Virus record (IMG/VR): IMGVR_UViG_3300035135_002626
Origin: a virus
Length of the DNA stretch: 64,000 bases
Strand: one strand, 5' to 3'
The notes under the pieces are model-generated. The model saw only the letters and a list, made by a program, of their open reading frames with translations. It made no database searches and had not been told where the DNA came from. Shown piece by piece: positions 19,600 to 28,032 of this stretch. Position numbers and translations under genes: made by a program. The stretch's first letter is position 1, and each line of letters begins with the position of its first letter.

Positions 19600-20844
19600 A
19601 TGAGTTTTGGTTTTCCATCAAACCCTTCAAATAAAAAACAATATATTTCAGGTACCAAATCATATGAGTATGACGGTATACGTGGTGCTTGGGTTGTTAG
19701 TGTACGTCCTGCAGCATCTGCTAATACAGTTAATATTACCGACGTAAGTCAACTAGCAGATCCAAATAGTTTGCTAAACAATGCAAGTTCTACACTTCCA
19801 GTATATGCTTCAGAAGAAAGTTTATATGCTAGTACAGCAGACCTAGATATTGGACAAATGGCATACGTTAGTGAAAACGGTAAAATAGCAATTTGGAATG
19901 GTACTAGTTGGTTCGGTGCAACTACTATTGAATATGTTCCACCACCTCCCAATGGGTTATATGGCGACAGAGCCGTAGTAGGTGGTGGAACAGTCAGTGA
20001 TATAGAATATTTTGATATAACATCTGTTGGAAATTCATCTACATTTGGTAACTTAACTGATACAAATGGACTAGGTTATAATCAACATGCCGCATTATCT
20101 AATAAAGTATATGGAGTGTTCAGTGGAGGAAACTCCGATAGCGGAGTTAACAGCGGAAAAACAGATATAGACTATATAACAATAGCAACATTAGGAAATT
20201 CATCTACATTTGGCAATTTGTCGGAAGCAAGATTTTCACATGCAGGATGTTGCGATAGTACTACCGGGTTATTTGCTGGAGGCAGACTTGGTACTACATA
20301 TACAAATACAATTGATTATATAACTGTAGCAACACCAGGAACTGCGACAGATTTTGGTAATATGCAAACGGCTAGAGGATTTACATCTGCTATCGCAAAT
20401 TTAACATACGGACTTATCGGAGGTGGATATGATACTGGCAGAAGTGATACAATTGATATTGTAACTGTAGCAACACCAAGTAGTGCAACTGATTTTGGTA
20501 ATTTAACAGTCGGCAGAAATGATTTAACGGCTGTACAGTCTGAAACACGTGGTGTATTTTGTGGAGGACGATCGGTTTCAGTAACAAATGAAGATACAAT
20601 GGATTACGTAACTTTTGCAACACCGAGTAGTGCAACTGATTTTGGTAATTTAATAGCAGGTAGATTTTTTGTTCCAGCTGGATCTTCAAATGGAACAAGA
20701 GGATGTATATCCGGCGGATATGATTCAGCTGATTTAGATTCTATCGAGTATATAACAATTGATACTACTGGTTCTGCTAGTTCATTTGGTAATTTATTAG
20801 CTGTTAGAAGACTCACAGCAGGTACATCGGGAGCAGCGGCATAA
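19600..20844 (+). CDS. short-stalk Kelch-like adhesin (cassette gene A')
   Basis: 414 aa. Starts MSFGFPSNPSNKKQY; LYGDRA head; six FG(N/D)L/M repeats. Confidence 0.8.
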   Translation: MSFGFPSNPSNKKQYISGTKSYEYDGIRGAWVVSVRPAASANTVNITDVSQLADPNSLLNNASSTLPVYASEESLYASTADLDIGQMAYVSENGKIAIWNGTSWFGATTIEYVPPPPNGLYGDRAVVGGGTVSDIEYFDITSVGNSSTFGNLTDTNGLGYNQHAALSNKVYGVFSGGNSDSGVNSGKTDIDYITIATLGNSSTFGNLSEARFSHAGCCDSTTGLFAGGRLGTTYTNTIDYITVATPGTATDFGNMQTARGFTSAIANLTYGLIGGGYDTGRSDTIDIVTVATPSSATDFGNLTVGRNDLTAVQSETRGVFCGGRSVSVTNEDTMDYVTFATPSSATDFGNLIAGRFFVPAGSSNGTRGCISGGYDSADLDSIEYITIDTTGSASSFGNLLAVRRLTAGTSGAAA

Positions 20845-22106
20845 TGAGTAAAATAAATTTTCCATCTAATCCATCAGGAGGCGCTGAACACAAATGGCGC
20901 AGTAGAAGAAGATTTAACTATGATAATACACGAGGTGGATGGGCAGCAAGTGGTGGCTCACTTGCAAGCGATGCACCAGCACTAAATTCAAACACATCTA
21001 TTGCTGACTTTAACGACAGTACTGGACTTGCAAACAAGTTAACAGGTAAAGCTACATTATATAATTCATATTATGATTTACCTACTGAAGCATATAAGGG
21101 TACATTTGCATATGTTGCAGATACAAACAAACTTTATATGTGGACTGGAGATAATCCTGCTCCGCCTACTGCTTTATATGGCGACAGAGGAATGTTCATG
21201 GGCGGCGGCGGCATGAGTTCTACTATTCCTAAACATGTAGAATGGGTCGACTTGGTTACTGGCGGAAATGCAGGTAACTTTACTGAAACTTTTAACGTTG
21301 TTTATAGCGCATGTGCAACAACTAACGGACAACGAGCTGTTGCAGTAGGTAGTACTCCAGGCGGAACAGCGGTCAGATATATATCAATACCTGATCCGAC
21401 AACCGAAACTGTTTTATCTGGCTGGTCATTAAATAAAGGTAGACGTGACGGTGCCGCAACAAGTGATGCAGTATATGGTGTATTTTTTACAATTAATGGA
21501 ACAAGCGATCCACTAGATATTGATGCTATAGAATATATAACAATTGACACTACCGGCACTAGTACTATTTTTGGCAACTTAACTGAAGCCACAAACTTTT
21601 GTGGAGATTCGGCTGCATCAAATGGTACTCGTGGAATTCATGCAGGAGGCACAACCGGCGGCACATTTTCTACAAATGGATATGTAAATACAATTGATTA
21701 TATTACGATAGCAACTCCAAGTAATGCACAAGATTTTGGAGACTTAACAGTAAAAAGAGCACAGTTAGCCGCCTGTCACGATGACACAAGAGCAGTATTT
21801 ACAGGAGGTCAAGCATATAGTGGAGGCGGTCAGGGGTTAGATACTGCAGATTATGTTACTATCGCTACTACCGGACAAGCAACTAGTTTTGGAACATTAT
21901 CTAGAGAAAGATATAATCATTCTTCTGTGTCGAACGGAACATACGGTCATACAGTGGGAGGCTATATAAGCGGCGGCCCTGAGGGTTTTGTTATGGTAAG
22001 AGAAATAACACAGTTTACAATCCAAACAAATGCAACATCGACTTCTATTGCAGACTTGCAAACTAATAAAATCGGTATAGGAGCAACTTCTGGGTTTGCA
22101 TCATAA
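20844..22106 (+). CDS. short-stalk Kelch-like adhesin (cassette gene B')
   Basis: 420 aa, TAATG overlap. Starts MSKINFPSNPSGGAEHKWRSRRRFNY. Confidence 0.8.
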   Translation: MSKINFPSNPSGGAEHKWRSRRRFNYDNTRGGWAASGGSLASDAPALNSNTSIADFNDSTGLANKLTGKATLYNSYYDLPTEAYKGTFAYVADTNKLYMWTGDNPAPPTALYGDRGMFMGGGGMSSTIPKHVEWVDLVTGGNAGNFTETFNVVYSACATTNGQRAVAVGSTPGGTAVRYISIPDPTTETVLSGWSLNKGRRDGAATSDAVYGVFFTINGTSDPLDIDAIEYITIDTTGTSTIFGNLTEATNFCGDSAASNGTRGIHAGGTTGGTFSTNGYVNTIDYITIATPSNAQDFGDLTVKRAQLAACHDDTRAVFTGGQAYSGGGQGLDTADYVTIATTGQATSFGTLSRERYNHSSVSNGTYGHTVGGYISGGPEGFVMVREITQFTIQTNATSTSIADLQTNKIGIGATSGFAS

Positions 22107-22121
22107 AAAGGATAAAACAAT

Positions 22122-23015
22122 ATGACATGGGTTAAAATTCCACTAGAACAAGCAGCGGCAGTACCAAGCGGTGTATTATTTGATACAGTAGGTACTCATA
22201 GTTGGACTGTACCGGCTGGTGTTATAAGCATATCTGCAGTTGCAGTAGGCGGCGGTGGTGGCGGCTGGGGATACTATGACGTTGATGCTAGAGATGTCAT
22301 TGACGGAAGTTCAGGTGGTGGTGGTGGCCTGGGCTGGATAAACAATGTAACTGTTACACCTGGCGAAACACTAACAGTTGTTGTCGGCGCAGGCGGCAAT
22401 AACTCAAACACATCAGGCGGTAGATTTGGCACTAGGAGTCCAGGACAAAATGGTGAGGACAGTTCTATATCACGTGGCGGCTCGGTTATTGTTTTAGGTG
22501 GTGGCGGTGGCACCAATGCTCAAGCAGGAACATATACCGGAACAGGCGGCGGCAATGGCGGTGCCGGTAACTACGGCATTAGTAGTCTCAACGGAGGCGG
22601 CGGCGGAGGCGGCGCTGGAGGATATTCGGGCGCAGGCGGAACAGGTGGCAGATACTTACACAACAGTGGTGCTGCAGGTGTAATTAATCCAACAGCAGGC
22701 ACCGGAGGAGGTGGCGGAGGCGGCTATGGCGCAGGTGGTAATACCGGTGTTGGCGGACATGGCGGCGGAGTTGGGCTATATGGTGAAGGTACTAGTGGTG
22801 GCCTCGGCGGACAGCCAGGATCTGGCGGATTTGCTCCAGTAAATTCACAAAGCGGCGGCAAATATGGCGGCGGAGGTGGCGGAGGCGGCGGATCCGGCAG
22901 TGTTGCAGATGATGGTGGCCAAGGCGGCGTGCGTATAATTTGGGGAATAGACAGATCATTCCCAAGCACTAACGTAGATGCAGTTTCATCTACAGATCCA
23001 GAAACAACTGTATAA
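22122..23015 (+). CDS. glycine-rich adhesin-like protein (cassette gene C')
   Basis: 297 aa; paralog of the 18709 ORF, with a shared N-terminus (MxWVxxPL) and C-terminus (FPSTNVD..SSTDxETTV). Confidence 0.8.
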   Translation: MTWVKIPLEQAAAVPSGVLFDTVGTHSWTVPAGVISISAVAVGGGGGGWGYYDVDARDVIDGSSGGGGGLGWINNVTVTPGETLTVVVGAGGNNSNTSGGRFGTRSPGQNGEDSSISRGGSVIVLGGGGGTNAQAGTYTGTGGGNGGAGNYGISSLNGGGGGGGAGGYSGAGGTGGRYLHNSGAAGVINPTAGTGGGGGGGYGAGGNTGVGGHGGGVGLYGEGTSGGLGGQPGSGGFAPVNSQSGGKYGGGGGGGGGSGSVADDGGQGGVRIIWGIDRSFPSTNVDAVSSTDPETTV

Positions 23016-23025
23016 CTATTTTAGA

Positions 23026-23032
23026 ATAAATA
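23026..23032 (+). promoter_or_regulatory. T4-like late promoter box ATAAATA
   Basis: Intergenic, 22 nt before ATG 23055. Confidence 0.65.
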
Positions 23033-23054
23033 TAGTAAAATAGAGAGAACAATA

Positions 23055-24692
23055 ATGGCAGTTGACTTTCCAGCAAATCCAGCCGATGGCGACGAGTTTG
23101 TAAGTGGTATTAGAACATACATCTATGATGGAACAAAAGGTAAATGGAATGTAAAAGTTCCAGGATCTACATATGCATTTAATGCATTAGGTGCAATAAG
23201 TGATCATATTATTCCTAGTGCTGATATTACATATGACTTGGGCAGTGCGACTTATAGATTTAGAGATTTATACCTAAGCGGAAACAGTATTCAACTAGGT
23301 AATAGAACTATTAGTGAAGATAATATTCCCGAAGTTGACTTGACAATTGTTCCTGAAACATTACAATTAGCAGTAGATTCTCCCACAGCAGGACACAGCG
23401 GCGATTGGTTATGGACATGGAAGTCGGGCGCACTTCCTTATGCAAGATTAACTATTACAAATCAAGTACAAGCAAATGTTCCACTTTATGAAAGCGGAAC
23501 ATATACACTATTTAATTTTGCTGCACACGAACTGCATGGTACAATGACACAAACACATAAAATTTATTTAAAATGGATTGAGGGTGCAGGAACTGATAAT
23601 AATGTACCTTGGGCAACAAGCACACTTAACGTACAAAATATTACATTTGAAGGTGTTAACGGTGGAGCAGAAACAGAAGTACAGCGTATAAACATCAGTG
23701 TTCCTGCAGATATTACTACACTAAATCCTACACTTGTTGCACCAACTGTATCATATAATGTAAGTTTTACACAAGCAGGTGCATATACGTTTATGGGAAC
23801 AGCACACGGACAAAACCCAACACTAGGGCCACTGCGTAGAGGTGGCACATATACATTTAATTTAGATTCGAGTTTAAGCGGACACCCGTTTTATTTGACA
23901 ACAGATGATGGAACATTTTGGGGACAAGGTCAGTATTATGGTGAATACACCAGCGGTGTAACTGGATCTAGAAATGAAAGTGGTACACTAGTATTTACAG
24001 TACCAGCAGATGCACCTGATACATTATATTATCAATGTGGTAATCATAATTCGATGCGTGGTGAGTTGGTAATTAAAGATTTAGAAGTTGAAGTAAATGA
24101 TGCAGGTAACTATGTTTTGTATTTTCAACATGATCAAGAAGAACACGCTGTACCAGTAGAACTAAAATCAAAACCGGGTTTAGTACAACAGATTTGTCTT
24201 GTATATGATGCAGCAAGTGAAAAGTTTATTCCCCAAGATATGGGAGACTATATTAGTAAAACTGCAGTAATACAAGAACGTATTCAAGAACTGGCTGCAA
24301 CTACAGTTGACGAAAAAATACAAGATAATACAATTGCAAGTATAGACACTGTAAAAGAAAACACTACCTTTGTTACTAATTTATCACAACAAGGTGAGTT
24401 ACAAATCTTTACTGGAACAGCAAGATGGTATGCTCCGTTTAATTCTGCAGTAACAGGAATAAACATGAAATTAAATGTTGCTGCAGATGGCTTTGTAGCT
24501 ATTGCTGTAAAGAAAAATGGAGTAACTGTCAAGTCAGGTAGTATATCACCGGGTGACACTTCAGCAACTATAGCAAATCCAGATTTTGCTATGACTGAAG
24601 GCGATTATTTAACTGTAGATGTTACATCTATAGGAACATCTGCACCAGGCGAAGATTTAGTTGTTCAAATTAAATATAAAGAAACAACTTAA
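23055..24692 (+). CDS. structural protein with FP module, cupredoxin-like domain and C-terminal beta-sandwich (cassette gene D)
   Basis: 545 aa. Contains GHPFYLTTD...YYQCGNHNSMRG and ends GDYLTVDVTSIGTSAPGEDLVV; paralog of the 28033 ORF. Confidence 0.8.
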   Translation: MAVDFPANPADGDEFVSGIRTYIYDGTKGKWNVKVPGSTYAFNALGAISDHIIPSADITYDLGSATYRFRDLYLSGNSIQLGNRTISEDNIPEVDLTIVPETLQLAVDSPTAGHSGDWLWTWKSGALPYARLTITNQVQANVPLYESGTYTLFNFAAHELHGTMTQTHKIYLKWIEGAGTDNNVPWATSTLNVQNITFEGVNGGAETEVQRINISVPADITTLNPTLVAPTVSYNVSFTQAGAYTFMGTAHGQNPTLGPLRRGGTYTFNLDSSLSGHPFYLTTDDGTFWGQGQYYGEYTSGVTGSRNESGTLVFTVPADAPDTLYYQCGNHNSMRGELVIKDLEVEVNDAGNYVLYFQHDQEEHAVPVELKSKPGLVQQICLVYDAASEKFIPQDMGDYISKTAVIQERIQELAATTVDEKIQDNTIASIDTVKENTTFVTNLSQQGELQIFTGTARWYAPFNSAVTGINMKLNVAADGFVAIAVKKNGVTVKSGSISPGDTSATIANPDFAMTEGDYLTVDVTSIGTSAPGEDLVVQIKYKETT

Positions 24693-24696
24693 ATGG

Positions 24697-24704
24697 TATA
24701 AATA
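24697..24704 (+). promoter_or_regulatory. T4-like late promoter TATAAATA
   Basis: Exact consensus, 35 nt before ATG 24740. Confidence 0.75.
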
Positions 24705-24739
24705 CATTATAGAAAACATCTACTAGTAGGAGAAAATCT

Positions 24740-24967
24740 ATGGATTTTACAATTGATCGTGACACAACAGACGAAAACGGTGATCCAATCACTGTTACTG
24801 AAAACTATTCAGCATCACTCGAAGGCGGTGTTGCAACAGTTAATCATATAGTCGACGGTGAAGCGCAACCGGCTGTGACACAGCCTTGGAACCCTTTACC
24901 AGACGGATCTCGTGCAGATTGGAATGATGTGAATGAAGTAGTTACTTGGTATAAAGAGAATTTTTAA
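24740..24967 (+). CDS. small acidic hypothetical protein (cassette gene E)
   Basis: 75 aa with AGGAG SD; D/E- and W-rich; fills the intergenic space exactly. Confidence 0.7.
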   Translation: MDFTIDRDTTDENGDPITVTENYSASLEGGVATVNHIVDGEAQPAVTQPWNPLPDGSRADWNDVNEVVTWYKENF

Positions 24968-24978
24968 GGAGCATATAA

Positions 24979-26793
24979 ATGGCAGAGATCAAAACCCCTA
25001 GTAAAGCAAATGTATGTAGTGTATTTGAGGACATGAATCCTAATACAAACACTGTCTACTTAGAAGGCGAAGCATATAATAAATCGTCTCTTGCTCCTAT
25101 TTTTAACGCCGCAATGTATATGTATACAGGCGAAGGACAAACAAGTTATCAAGGTCAAAACATTTATCGTCCAACTGATACAAACACATATAACCAACGC
25201 AGTGGTGATGGGCCCGGTACAATGGCTCTTGCTAAAGAAACTGCATTTAGTATGCAAGGTGAAAACACTGGCAACAACCGTAATACTAATGTTCCTTTTA
25301 TAAATTTTTTAAGTATGGCTGAAGAATTGCGTAGTACTGGATTACAACGAATTACAGCAGACGATGGCACTGATTTGTATATTTGGCAACTACGTCCTAT
25401 GTTTTACAACTGGTTCCGTCAGATTAGTTGGTTAAATCCAAGCAAAGAGTTATATGAACAAAGTCCGAGTATTAGTTGGGGTTATAACGGACAAAGTAGT
25501 TCAAGTGAAATTACAGTTCCTGTTTTTGCAACAATCGAAGAAAACGGAACCAAGTGGGTTTCAAACATTACTCAACAACTTAGATATGACGGATATGTTG
25601 CTCGTCCATATATGGGACTAGGTAGAAACAGTATGTTAGATTATAGTGATTCAAACGATACTTGGAACACAACAATGAGAAATCCGTATACTGTGCAATA
25701 TATCGGTCAAAGTTCAGTTGACAACAAACCAATTTACTTGTATAATAGTCATGATAATGATCATTCGCAATATGTTACAAAACATAATGTAAGTTCAAAT
25801 ACCACAACAGATTTACATACTTTTACTGCATCACCAACTGCAGCAGGTACAAACTACGGCGGCACACGTGCCATAACTTCAATGGGTAAACATTGTAAAT
25901 GGGGAAGTAAAGTATTTGATGATCCTACAAGCGCAGGCAATAAATGTTTCTATGTACCATATTTTGATGCTAATTTAAACTATCATCCGTTCTGGTATCA
26001 GTGGGATAAATCAACCGATACATTTACTCGTAATGAAGATATTACAATAACAGGTGATTTAAGTACTGTACACTTTAACAATCACACAGGTGGCCAAGGC
26101 GACAACAGTGATTTTGCAAGTAATTTTTGGAATGAAACATTTGAAAGCAGCGGCAACCGTTACTTAACTGTGTTCCCAGTTCACGGGTCATATCAAATAC
26201 ACGACAATACTCCGCAAGCCAGAACATTTGTGAGTTATGAAGTTGATCCAATTAATCCTAAAAACTTAACACACCACAGTGCTACAATTGTGCCAGTAAC
26301 TATACGTAACGTTGTGATGCTGAATGATGCTCGTACAATGTTAGGTGTAATTGGTGAAGGTGCAATTTATATTTACAACTGGAACAATGTCGACGGGTGG
26401 GTATTAACTACAACTTATTCAGGTAAATTCACTGGATTAGGCCGTGATGGTACTGATCGTATTTGGGCAACCGAAGTTGGTGCCGATGGTAGTTATGCAA
26501 GTATTCATATCATTACACCAAGTATTCCTGTTAAGATTAGTATTGTACCTGCGTCAACAAGTTACAGTTATACAGGAAGTGATATTAGTACAAGTGTTGC
26601 AGTAAGTGCATATAATTCCAGTGGCGACAGAATTGCTGTTGATGTTTCGTTAACAATAGATGGTTCAACTATGAACTTTGGTGGCGGATCAACATCAACT
26701 GTTGTTACTACAAGTATATCGGCTGATGTAACACAGGCAGTTACTATTACAGGTGCTGGATTAAGTGATATCGTTGCTAGTGTTCAAATTTAA
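24979..26793 (+). CDS. beta-rich structural protein, possible propeller plus C-terminal Ig-like domain (cassette gene F)
   Basis: 604 aa with AAGGAG SD; aromatic/N/T-rich; C-terminal alternating V/T strands. Confidence 0.7.
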   Translation: MAEIKTPSKANVCSVFEDMNPNTNTVYLEGEAYNKSSLAPIFNAAMYMYTGEGQTSYQGQNIYRPTDTNTYNQRSGDGPGTMALAKETAFSMQGENTGNNRNTNVPFINFLSMAEELRSTGLQRITADDGTDLYIWQLRPMFYNWFRQISWLNPSKELYEQSPSISWGYNGQSSSSEITVPVFATIEENGTKWVSNITQQLRYDGYVARPYMGLGRNSMLDYSDSNDTWNTTMRNPYTVQYIGQSSVDNKPIYLYNSHDNDHSQYVTKHNVSSNTTTDLHTFTASPTAAGTNYGGTRAITSMGKHCKWGSKVFDDPTSAGNKCFYVPYFDANLNYHPFWYQWDKSTDTFTRNEDITITGDLSTVHFNNHTGGQGDNSDFASNFWNETFESSGNRYLTVFPVHGSYQIHDNTPQARTFVSYEVDPINPKNLTHHSATIVPVTIRNVVMLNDARTMLGVIGEGAIYIYNWNNVDGWVLTTTYSGKFTGLGRDGTDRIWATEVGADGSYASIHIITPSIPVKISIVPASTSYSYTGSDISTSVAVSAYNSSGDRIAVDVSLTIDGSTMNFGGGSTSTVVTTSISADVTQAVTITGAGLSDIVASVQI

Positions 26794-26802
26794 GGATTTG
26801 TA

Positions 26803-28002
26803 ATGGGTGCAATTAGTATTAGAGCAGAGGGCGGTAACACTTCGGGTATACTCGCAAAGTTTGCCACTCTGCCTCTAACAGTAAACGATGCAACAAAACA
26901 CTATCAAAAAATTCCAACAGCAACTAGTAGCGGCTATAACGAATATCAAAGTATTACTAGTATACGTACCAGTGGAAGATTATCGCCTATTGAAGTTGAG
27001 ATTGATAGGGTAAGTGTAGAATCTGAACATACTAATGCACCGTTTGTAATTCCTAATACTATTACATTTAACTTAGGATCATTTACATTAAATTCTACAG
27101 GTGCTAGTGCACAACAAACTGCTGGCGGAACACTTAGTGTAGAGAACAGCGGAATTACACTTGGTAGTGGTTGGTATCAACCACTTGCAATAGCAGTAAA
27201 TGGTTTACAGTTAAAAATACCTACAAACAACTGGACTACATACAACAACTTACAAAACACACAAACAAATATCGGTGTAGATTTACAAGGTCTTGTAACC
27301 ACTACTGAAATTAATAGTAGTGACAGTATTCCTATTACATTTGCTTACGATACAACAGTTTACATGGTAAGACAGACTAGTTGGAATGGTGTTGACATAA
27401 CCGGCTGGACAAGTATTGGCAATGCTGGAAATATTATTCAAGACAGTAGCACTGACGAAGCCGTATACGAAAGAACATTTACAGCGGGTACTTATAATTT
27501 TGACAACAACAGTGCAATGTACTTTTTTAATCCAGATCGCACTACAACTATCCCACCAGAAGGTTTGCTAAAAGAAAATTACAGCGAAACAACTACATAT
27601 AATACAACCCCGACTAATAGTATAACACCGTATGTAGAATATTCTACTCTTGAAGTTAGTAATGGAATATTTCCAGTAACTACACCTAGTGAAAGAATTA
27701 CATTAAAGACATCAAATGAAGTTAGACCATTTACATATTTTACTGAAAAAAACATTTTTGTTAGAAAATCATTAATTAGTAATTTACCAGATGATGGATT
27801 TTTTGATAGTCAAGCAACGTTATCAATATTTGTTCCAACTGGAAATACGCCCTTTGATTTATTTCAACTCAGCAAACAACAATACGGACAAGGATTTTCT
27901 CAATACATTAAAGCAAGAGTAATAGACAGTACAGGAAACAGCGGCGGCACTAGCGGCGGCACTGGCAGTGGTTCCGGACCTGTACAATCTTGGAGTTCGT
28001 AA
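26803..28002 (+). CDS. hypothetical structural protein ending in Gly linker + QSWS (cassette gene G)
   Basis: 399 aa with AAGGA SD; C-terminus GGTSGGTGSGSGPVQSWSS. Confidence 0.7.
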   Translation: MGAISIRAEGGNTSGILAKFATLPLTVNDATKHYQKIPTATSSGYNEYQSITSIRTSGRLSPIEVEIDRVSVESEHTNAPFVIPNTITFNLGSFTLNSTGASAQQTAGGTLSVENSGITLGSGWYQPLAIAVNGLQLKIPTNNWTTYNNLQNTQTNIGVDLQGLVTTTEINSSDSIPITFAYDTTVYMVRQTSWNGVDITGWTSIGNAGNIIQDSSTDEAVYERTFTAGTYNFDNNSAMYFFNPDRTTTIPPEGLLKENYSETTTYNTTPTNSITPYVEYSTLEVSNGIFPVTTPSERITLKTSNEVRPFTYFTEKNIFVRKSLISNLPDDGFFDSQATLSIFVPTGNTPFDLFQLSKQQYGQGFSQYIKARVIDSTGNSGGTSGGTGSGSGPVQSWSS

Positions 28003-28008
28003 TAAATA
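28002..28008 (+). promoter_or_regulatory. T4-like late promoter box ATAAATA
   Basis: 24 nt before ATG 28033, at the start of the second quartet cassette. Confidence 0.65.
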
Positions 28009-28032
28009 GTAATAATAAAAAAGGTATAAATT

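Noticed and set aside
1234-22106. Diversity-generating retroelement (template/variable repeat) behind the head diversity
   Set aside because: No reverse transcriptase in the window. The near-identical DNA blocks are in stalks, not C-terminal tips, and their differences are not adenine-specific. A DGR elsewhere in the genome is not excluded.
1234-23015. Invertible tail-fibre shufflon (Mu gin/P1 cin type)
   Set aside because: All cassettes are full-length genes on the + strand with their own starts; I saw no inverted cassettes, inverted crossover sites or recombinase.
19558-23015. C-terminal ETTV of both Gly-rich proteins as a class I PDZ-binding motif
   Set aside because: The match is four residues in T/V/E-rich paralogs, so shared ancestry explains it; no supporting context.
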